Virus record (IMG/VR): IMGVR_UViG_3300025160_000014
Span: 1-37,033 of that record
Length of the DNA stretch: 37,033 nucleotides
Strand: one strand, 5' to 3'
DNA from: a virus
Lineage: Duplodnaviria > Caudoviricetes
The position numbers and the translations under genes are program-made. Each line of letters begins with the position of its first letter. The first letter of the stretch is position 1. Positions 1 to 5,390 of this stretch are shown one piece after another. Under the pieces are notes generated by a model. That model did no database searches, was not told the DNA's origin, and was given only the letters and a program-made list of their open reading frames with translations.

Positions 1-385
1 GGTTAGTGTCAGGGTTTATTGTTGTTTCTGGAATCTCTTCAAATCCTTCCGGCACATCCGGAGGAATAGGATTTGGCTGGCCTACATTCAGTGGCCCCTC
101 TTCCGACAAAAGAATTTCTTTCACATGGTCAATCTCCATAGAAGGATCGTCGACTATCACTTCCGGCAAGTCCGGATCTTCATGCTCGAGCATCTCTGTA
201 GTGGGACGTATCGGCGCCGCTTTCGTTTTCCCGTCCCACACAAGTTCATTGCACGGCGGATAGCAGTAGTGGTTGTTCAGCATCTGCGACCCTTGCAACC
301 GGTGCGCCTTGTTGCACTTAGGACATTTCACGTACCTCTGCTGAGGGTTGCTCTGTGCCGGAATGTTTGTAGAGATGTTTGACAT
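1..385 (-). CDS. Hypothetical protein with N-terminal zinc-ribbon-like Cys pattern (partial, runs off window start)
   Basis: Manually translated from ATG at 385: MSNISTNIPAQSNPQQRYVKCPKCNKAHRLQGSQMLNNHYCYPPCNELVWDG..., open to position 1, followed by an acidic, Pro-rich region. It has an A-rich leader and is missing from the ORF track because it is truncated. Confidence 0.75.
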   Translation of the reverse strand, partial: MSNISTNIPAQSNPQQRYVKCPKCNKAHRLQGSQMLNNHYCYPPCNELVWDGKTKAAPIRPTTEMLEHEDPDLPEVIVDDPSMEIDHVKEILLSEEGPLNVGQPNPIPPDVPEGFEEIPETTINPDTN

Positions 386-413
386 CTATTTTCAGTTTAA
401 AAGTTTCTTAGTA

Positions 414-444
414 AATCTCCGGGTACTGTTGTTCCCCGGAGATC
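414..444 (-). terminator. GC-rich hairpin at the 3' end of the tmRNA coding piece (terminator or processing stem)
   Basis: ATCTCCGGG-gaacaacagta-CCCGGAGAT inverted repeat with only a short U run after it. Confidence 0.5.
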
Positions 445-456
445 ACCTGTGACTGC

Positions 457-489
457 TTACGCAGCCATCTTCATTTGTGGCTGTATGCC
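457..489 (-). other. tmRNA tag reading frame (A)GIQPQMKMAA*
   Basis: AAATAAAC precedes the resume codon GGC: ggc ata cag cca caa atg aag atg gct gcg taa. The peptide ends in AA, and the stop codon sits in the loop of the hairpin GCTGC-GTAA-GCAGT. Confidence 0.85.
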
Positions 490-685
490 GTTTATTTGTG
501 ACAAAATATTCTCCTCTATGCGTCTTCCTGCCTGTCAAAACCAGGTAGGCCCGTAAGGATGGAGGCCAGCGGAGTCACGAACTCACTGTTAGATTGTATC
601 TGCCTCAACATCCCTGTGGACCTAGCGGGATTCGAACCCGCGTCCAAACAGTTTCTTCATAGTATCAACGAACGTAGTGCCAATG

Positions 686-693
686 TAAAGATA
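686..693 (-). promoter_or_regulatory. Bacteroidota-type -7 element variant (TATCTTTA) for the tmRNA
   Basis: One mismatch to TAnnTTTG, lying between the stop of the upstream gene (703) and the tmRNA acceptor piece. Confidence 0.55.
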
Positions 694-702
694 CAATTTT
701 TC

Positions 703-1113
703 TCATTTTGATTTACCTAGACAGGTTTTACATAGGTGATATTCCATGATATTGGGATTTTGAACGTGCGACATTATCCCGATGTCTTGCATGCACAATG
801 TTTTTTCCAGAGAGTCGGGATGCTTCATGTGGATGAACCTTTTCCCGGACACATAGTTGAACCCCCTCACGTTTTTCGCCCGTTCGTTGATATACGGAGT
901 GCTCCTGAGAATTTCTACTATCTCTCGCGGAGAAACTTTTTTTGCTCCGCCGTCCAATGCCTTCTTTCTTTTTCTTACCGTCGTCAGGTCGTAGTGCGGA
1001 CGCAGGGGGTGATCCTGAAACCATCCGTGCAGAAGACCGATGGAAACAGCGAACCGGTGCAGCTCCTCGACGGAGCTGTCGGAAATAAGATGTATGGTGT
1101 CGGTGTAAATCAT
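703..1113 (-). CDS. DUF4031-like protein
   Basis: HLISDSSVEELHRFAVSIGL..WFQDH...HYDLT...RKKALDGGAKKV resembles the DUF4031 pattern, with a C-terminal Cys/His extension. Confidence 0.75.
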   Translation of the reverse strand: MIYTDTIHLISDSSVEELHRFAVSIGLLHGWFQDHPLRPHYDLTTVRKRKKALDGGAKKVSPREIVEILRSTPYINERAKNVRGFNYVSGKRFIHMKHPDSLEKTLCMQDIGIMSHVQNPNIMEYHLCKTCLGKSK

Positions 1114-1364
1114 TTTTTTATCATGCGCGATGCGTAGCGGGCGGATTCTGGAGCGTACCGAAGAGGATACGGCATTTTAAAACGGCAGGTGCCGGTTCCC
1201 ATCCCGGTGGGATCTGAAATATCCGGATTCCCGCTTATTTCGCGCGGGATAGCGCGTGTCGCAAGATGGCTTCTGGCCTCGTCCGCCCTGACTCCGTCTG
1301 AATGAAAAGTGATAATGTTCGGGCTCGACCACAAAAGACCAGGAATTTCCATTTGTCTTTCCAT
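1110..1364 (-). CDS. Hypothetical protein
   Basis: 84-aa ORF with 4-nt and 1-nt overlaps to its neighbours, consistent with translational coupling. Confidence 0.55.
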   Translation of the reverse strand: MERQMEIPGLLWSSPNIITFHSDGVRADEARSHLATRAIPREISGNPDISDPTGMGTGTCRFKMPYPLRYAPESARYASRMIKK

Positions 1365-1507
1365 CAGTCCCGGAAAAACGCTAAATGTTTCTCTCCGCCG
1401 GAACTATATCTCTCAATTCCAAAATTAAATATTTTGATGTACGAGATCTGCTCTGTGATGGTGATGCGGATAAATCCGAGGATGGTGATGTAGATTGGCT
1501 TTTTCAT
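1364..1507 (-). CDS. Small hypothetical protein (47 aa)
   Basis: Manual translation MKKPIYITILGFIRITITEQISYIKIFNFGIERYSSGGEKHLAFFRD*. It fills the gap, and its TGA overlaps the next ATG (TGATG). Confidence 0.65.
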   Translation of the reverse strand: MKKPIYITILGFIRITITEQISYIKIFNFGIERYSSGGEKHLAFFRD

Positions 1508-1519
1508 ACTTTCCGTTTT

Positions 1520-1789
1520 TCAGTTAATCTTTATCCCGAAGAAGTTGGCGAACCGCGCCTCCTTGTATTTTCGGTAGTATTCCTCCAGCTTATTCCGAAG
1601 CTGTTGGTATTCTTGTTTGAGAGCGTAGTATTCGTCTACCTGTTCTTGTGCCGGCGGGCGAGCCCCCTCTGCTCGAGGGGTTGTTGTACGGGCCTTTTGT
1701 TTTTTGGTTACAAGTTTCAAAAAAGAAAGTCCCACAAATATTCCTAGAGCAAAAAAAAGGATCATCCATAATACCGTGTCTGTTGTCAT
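1520..1789 (-). CDS. Small membrane-anchored coiled-coil protein
   Basis: N-terminal hydrophobic helix VLWMILFFALGIFVGLSFL followed by a heptad-like helix. Confidence 0.75.
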   Translation of the reverse strand: MTTDTVLWMILFFALGIFVGLSFLKLVTKKQKARTTTPRAEGARPPAQEQVDEYYALKQEYQQLRNKLEEYYRKYKEARFANFFGIKIN

Positions 1790-1801
1790 TTTTATCAGTT
1801 T

Positions 1802-2089
1802 TTAGTTAAACATACTATCGTAGCACCAGATCGGGGTCTTGTCTCCGACGAAACTTCCAGATACATTATAAGAGAAATGCTCCAGCGCATCTTCCTCCTC
1901 CATCTCCTCGTCTTCAATAAGAATTTCGATGCACTTCTTCACGGAATAGATCACCCGCATGTCAATCTCTTCCACGCCGATGATAGCTCCGTCGAACCCG
2001 TCCGCCGTCAGAAAAGCTACGTCCGGGTACTGGTCAACGAGCAGCTGCGCGTTACTGGGGAGGCTCTTCCCGTTTTTCTTCTTTGTCAT
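1802..2089 (-). CDS. Conserved acidic phage hypothetical protein
   Basis: Pattern ADGFDGAIIG...VIYS..K.IEIL...EEDALEHF.YNV.G.FVG.KTP, which I recall from aquatic phages. Confidence 0.8.
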   Translation of the reverse strand: MTKKKNGKSLPSNAQLLVDQYPDVAFLTADGFDGAIIGVEEIDMRVIYSVKKCIEILIEDEEMEEEDALEHFSYNVSGSFVGDKTPIWCYDSMFN

Positions 2090-2801
2090 CTGTCCTTGGC
2101 ATTATGTCCTCTACGGTGAGGGGTCGTTTGTAGTGATCTTCGTTCTCAAGTTCTTTTAGGGCTTCGAGGTCCTTCCTGATTTTGTCGGCCACCATCAACT
2201 TTCTGTCGATCAGCGGCTTTATTTTTGGAGGGGAGTAGTTGTCTCCCTTCGTCGGCCAGCCATTCTTACCTATAGCGATCACGCCTTTCTCATTGGCAAA
2301 ACTCATATAGGCTGCGTGCACTTCCTCAAAACCCTCTGTCATCATGTCTGCAATTCCTAACTCCCATGCTAGTCGCATCTGTACGTGCATCATCTTAGAA
2401 AGTATTCGCAACCCTTCTTCCGGAACACTTTCGTCTTGAATTGTTGTGATCGATTCCAGTTCATTTACTATCTCATCCAGCTCGGACAAATACATGTAGA
2501 TTCTATCGTCATCACATTTTGTTGGAGAGAACATTGACGGCGAGCCGCACGCCCGCTGAAAAGAAAGCACCATCTTCGCCGCCCGGTTCATCCCTCCGTT
2601 ACTCACCCCTCCGTTGTGAAAACCCTCCCTGTAACTCTGCATGAGATTCTCCATGATAGAGTGCTCCATAAGATCCGACACCAGGTTCACCTGCTCTGTA
2701 GTAGCCATTGGGATATGGTTAGCTAGGAGCGCTTTCAAACTCTTCCTGATGTGCGACTCCTTTTCTGTGGAGAGGGAATTTCCTTCTTTATCTACGATCA
2801 T
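2052..2801 (-). CDS. Degenerate MazG-like (PRA-PH / DR2231-type) NTP pyrophosphohydrolase homolog
   Basis: VLSFQRACG...FEEVHAAYMSF...KNGWPTKGDNYSPPKIKPLI parallels the family pattern V.EFH..FG...F.EVH.SNMSK...DGKVLKGPNY.PP. Confidence 0.6.
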   Translation of the reverse strand: MIVDKEGNSLSTEKESHIRKSLKALLANHIPMATTEQVNLVSDLMEHSIMENLMQSYREGFHNGGVSNGGMNRAAKMVLSFQRACGSPSMFSPTKCDDDRIYMYLSELDEIVNELESITTIQDESVPEEGLRILSKMMHVQMRLAWELGIADMMTEGFEEVHAAYMSFANEKGVIAIGKNGWPTKGDNYSPPKIKPLIDRKLMVADKIRKDLEALKELENEDHYKRPLTVEDIMPRTDDKEEKREEPPQ

Positions 2802-3373
2802 GCTTCTTTGGCTTTGTTGGCTTCTTCAACCTCTTCCGCCGTCATCGAAGGACCTACGTAAGTCTCTCCCTCTTCATCTTCCTTGATTACCCCAAGTGCG
2901 GTGAAGAGAGCGTGGGCGACGAGCATATTCGGTATCCTCACCACCCTTTTTATTATTTCTCTATCGACGCCCACCAGCCATCCGTCCGAGGGGCCTTGCG
3001 GGTCCGTCGAGCGAACAATGGTGAAGCACCCATTATTATAGAGATTTACTGTAGCCGACTCCGAAGGCCCCTCTACTACCACTTTTTTAAACCCGAAGTC
3101 CTCGGGTATGAACGGATATTCTTTCTGGATGTAGATGTCCGCGATCTGCGTCTCTGCAGTGCGTAGGGCCTGCTGGAAGTCGAAGCAGCGGTGGAAGAGA
3201 AAGTCTTTCAGCTCCTGATCCGTCATCACCGGAGGGACTTTGTATTCTCCCGGGATGAATGTCATCACGACTCTTTCTTTGGAGTCGAATTTGAATACCG
3301 GCCGGTGTTTGAATGTCTCTCTTGACTTGATACCATCGTAAGGGTATCCTTTGAACAGTGCTTCGAATGCCAT
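2798..3373 (-). CDS. Hypothetical protein
   Basis: 191-aa ORF with an ATGA overlap to the downstream gene. Confidence 0.8.
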   Translation of the reverse strand: MAFEALFKGYPYDGIKSRETFKHRPVFKFDSKERVVMTFIPGEYKVPPVMTDQELKDFLFHRCFDFQQALRTAETQIADIYIQKEYPFIPEDFGFKKVVVEGPSESATVNLYNNGCFTIVRSTDPQGPSDGWLVGVDREIIKRVVRIPNMLVAHALFTALGVIKEDEEGETYVGPSMTAEEVEEANKAKEA

Positions 3374-3377
3374 CGTT

Positions 3378-3812
3378 TCAGTTTAGTGTTGTTACTCCGT
3401 GATCTATCATGTGTTCATTCACCCCTATGGGGTCGAACTGATTTATTTTGTACCAGTCGGGGAAAGCGCACCCGATAATAAATTGTCCTGTTCCGTTGAA
3501 ATGGAATTTCACAGGGCCGTTCTTATCTACTTTTTTTTTGATGGTGCCCAGATCCAGAAGTCCCGCTTCTTTTAGGAACCGGTCCATGATCTCGTCGAAA
3601 GAAGAATAGGGGACGCGGATAGCGGTGCTCTGCCCGTTGTGCATGGTGATGATCGTGCGCCCTACGGGAGACTTATCGTTGAAATCATCAGTGCACTCCT
3701 CCCAGTCCCTGACATCGTAAAGGTTGATGGTGAGCTGGGCCGACTGCGCCTCGCCGGTATTCCCATTGAGGCGGTCCATGATGGTTACGTATTTTCGGAA
3801 GGGTTTTATCAT
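3378..3812 (-). CDS. Hypothetical protein
   Basis: 144-aa ORF directly behind a promoter-like TAACTTTA (3840-3833). Confidence 0.8.
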   Translation of the reverse strand: MIKPFRKYVTIMDRLNGNTGEAQSAQLTINLYDVRDWEECTDDFNDKSPVGRTIITMHNGQSTAIRVPYSSFDEIMDRFLKEAGLLDLGTIKKKVDKNGPVKFHFNGTGQFIIGCAFPDWYKINQFDPIGVNEHMIDHGVTTLN

Positions 3813-3832
3813 AAACAGGATTTTTGTTCCCG

Positions 3833-3840
3833 TAAAGTTA
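3833..3840 (-). promoter_or_regulatory. -7 element variant TAACTTTA for the leftward operon
   Basis: About 20 nt upstream of the ATG at 3812; same TAnnTTTA form as at 693 and 4630. Confidence 0.45.
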
Positions 3841-3930
3841 CATTAAAAGGAAAAGAACAAAGAAAATTAACAAGTCCAGAGAATAATAGTAAACAAAGAA
3901 GAAAAGGAAAAAGGTAGCAAAACTTTCCAT

Positions 3931-4134
3931 CTGCCTCCGGAAGGAGTGGACTATTTACGCGATCCAAGAGCCTTCCGATTTTATTAGGTGGATCAAGTTT
4001 CTCGAGGTAGAGACTTCGCGGATCGCCTTTATTAGAAAACACCACATCCCCTCCTGCCCGACGAAGGGAGGCGGTCTGTGGGTGTGTGTCGTCCGCAAGC
4101 AGAGACAGTAAGAATATCTTTGATTCGTCGGGCA
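3931..4134. other. Structured intergenic element (candidate ncRNA, leader or origin)
   Basis: Inverted repeats at 4055-4065/4124-4134 (11 bp perfect), 3938-3944/3971-3977, 3959-3965/4020-4026, 3995-4002/4009-4016 and 3931-3938/4067-4074. Confidence 0.4.
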
Positions 4135-4156
4135 TGAAGAATAAATTAATTCGCTA

Positions 4157-4164
4157 CAAAACTA
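4157..4164 (-). promoter_or_regulatory. Bacteroidota -7 element TAGTTTTG
   Basis: Consensus TAnnTTTG immediately downstream of the terminator at 4169-4215. Confidence 0.45.
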
Positions 4165-4168
4165 AAAC

Positions 4169-4215
4169 AAAAAAATAACAGGCCCGTCAAAAAGTTTTCA
4201 ACAGGCCCGTTATTT
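4169..4215 (-). terminator. Intrinsic terminator after the gene at 4228-4488
   Basis: AAAATAACGGGCCTGTTGAAAA / TTTTTGACGGGCCTGTTATTTT pairs with G.U wobbles only on the minus strand and is followed by a U tract. Confidence 0.75.
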
Positions 4216-4227
4216 TCTCGATCCTGA

Positions 4228-4488
4228 CTATACTACAGGAGTAGAAATCGTAGTGAGGATGTCCGCCAGAGCAGCATCGCGATCAACGGCGGTCAGATAG
4301 TGAAGCACCTGGTTGTTCGGGGTCGCGCCGGGAACAAGTACGCTGAACACGATCTGGTAATCTGCCGGCTGATTTTGTATTCCTACAATATCAAGAGGCG
4401 TGATCGCCCTTACGAGCTCAACGGGAATCATCTCAGTGTTATTTACTGCCGAAGCAGAATTGATAAAGGGTCTTGCAATAGCGGACAT
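4228..4488 (-). CDS. Hypothetical protein, monocistronic
   Basis: 86-aa ORF with its own promoter (TACATTTG, 4519-4512), an A-rich leader and a terminator. Confidence 0.85.
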   Translation of the reverse strand: MSAIARPFINSASAVNNTEMIPVELVRAITPLDIVGIQNQPADYQIVFSVLVPGATPNNQVLHYLTAVDRDAALADILTTISTPVV

Positions 4489-4511
4489 GGTGATTAGTTT
4501 TTAAGTTTTGA

Positions 4512-4519
4512 CAAATGTA
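4512..4519 (-). promoter_or_regulatory. Bacteroidota -7 element TACATTTG
   Basis: Consensus TAnnTTTG about 23 nt upstream of the ATG at 4488. Confidence 0.7.
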
Positions 4520-4523
4520 GAAT

Positions 4524-4620
4524 AAAAAAAGTAATGCCCCAACATTGCACTAAACCGGGTCGGAGGACTATCCCCTAAGATTTTCGCTCGTCGTTTCAAG
4601 GCGTGTTGCCAGGGCACTGG
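4524..4620 (-). ncRNA. Small structured RNA, candidate 6S-like (6S-Flavo type)
   Basis: Promoter-like TACATTTA at 4630-4623. A 12-bp closing stem AGTGCCCTGGCA/TGTTGGGGCATT has 4 G.U pairs (minus strand only) and is followed by U7. Internal elements are CCTTGAAAC, TCTTAGG and GTTTAG. The family assignment is from memory and unverified. Confidence 0.55.
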
Positions 4621-4642
4621 TGTAAATGTAAATATATTTCTC

Positions 4643-4650
4643 TATTTTTG
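4643..4650 (+). promoter_or_regulatory. Bacteroidota -7 element TATTTTTG for the packaging operon
   Basis: Consensus motif 22 nt upstream of the ATG at 4673, back-to-back with the leftward promoter. Confidence 0.65.
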
Positions 4651-4672
4651 TTCACAAACAAAAACTACTCAC

Positions 4673-5122
4673 ATGTCAGACTTGACCGAAATCACTCCCA
4701 TCTCCAGAATATCCCCGCTGAACATCTTCTGCGAGGCACTCTACAAAAAAATCAAATTCCTTGCCGACAACATCAAGGCAAACGGATTAAGCGCAGATAA
4801 CGACGGAGCTCTCGATGCCACCAACGCAGCTGCGGTAATGGTAAATTTCTGCTTCGACCAAATCAGCCAGCCTCTACCAGCGTATTTCCCTACGAACTAC
4901 ACCGGTCCGCTAGCAGAACCGGTAGCAAACCCAACTCCAGCGCAAGCCCTGGATTACATCGGGAGACTCGAAGCGATGAAAGCATCCATCGACGCTTCCC
5001 TTATCCGTAGCCTGTATTTGGATAACGCGGAGATCCTATTCACAGTAGCGTTCACAGACGCGATCAACGACTTCACTGCTGCCGCAGACGTCCAGATTGC
5101 ATATCTCACCACGCTGCTTTAA
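4673..5122 (+). CDS. Hypothetical protein (possibly virion-associated)
   Basis: 149-aa Ala-rich helical ORF, first gene of the rightward arm. Confidence 0.85.
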   Translation: MSDLTEITPISRISPLNIFCEALYKKIKFLADNIKANGLSADNDGALDATNAAAVMVNFCFDQISQPLPAYFPTNYTGPLAEPVANPTPAQALDYIGRLEAMKASIDASLIRSLYLDNAEILFTVAFTDAINDFTAAADVQIAYLTTLL

Positions 5123-5137
5123 AAATAACCCCTACGG

Positions 5138-5389
5138 ATGAACAAGTTTCGTAGGATAGTAGAAGGGTGGAAGAATTTTGCCTTTAAAAGCCCGCTGATA
5201 GAGCTTCTTGCTATACAGCGGGCTAAAATATGCTCTACGTGCGATCTCGCCGTAGAACAGAAATTTTTAGAGTCTATCGGCAAAGAGCCGATCAAAGAAG
5301 TGAAAGGGATGGTGTGCGGAAACTGTAACTGCCCGCTGAGCGCAAAGCTCAGGAGCGTAAAGGAAGAATGTCCGGAAGGAAACTGGTAA
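5138..5389 (+). CDS. Small Cys-rich (zinc-binding) phage protein
   Basis: R..IC..C...CGNCNCPLSAKLR...ECP.G.W pattern, directly before the terminase. Confidence 0.8.
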   Translation: MNKFRRIVEGWKNFAFKSPLIELLAIQRAKICSTCDLAVEQKFLESIGKEPIKEVKGMVCGNCNCPLSAKLRSVKEECPEGNW

Positions 5390-5390
5390 A

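Larger units (their letters stand above)
414..681 (-). ncRNA. ssrA: tmRNA, circularly permuted (two-piece) gene
   Basis: Order on the minus strand: GGAC-GCGGG-TTCGAAT-CCCGC T arm (645-625), acceptor 3' strand TAGGTCC-A (624-617), 64-nt spacer, acceptor 5' strand GGGCCTA (552-546) with a G3.U70 pair, D-loop-like CCTGGTTTTGAC, then the tag frame at 489-457. Helix 2 pairings are AGGCAG/CTGTTT and CATAG/CTATG. Outer ends are approximate. Confidence 0.92.

Noticed and set aside
6-382. Plus-strand ORFs 6-263 and 125-382
   Set aside because: Antisense shadows of the truncated minus-strand gene starting at 385.
612-650. tRNA gene or integration (att) remnant suggested by GGTTCGAATCC
   Set aside because: There is no anticodon arm upstream, and the matching 5' acceptor strand and tag frame lie downstream. 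It is better explained as a permuted tmRNA.
3809-4135. 108-aa minus-strand ORF
   Set aside because: Its 3' half is a low-complexity pyrimidine tract overlapping a promoter-like motif, and its 5' half is dominated by inverted repeats. It is not called as a gene, though not excluded.
4177-4210. Direct repeat AACAGGCCCGT as a mini-CRISPR
   Set aside because: Only two 11-bp copies with a short spacer and no cas genes; it forms a terminator stem.
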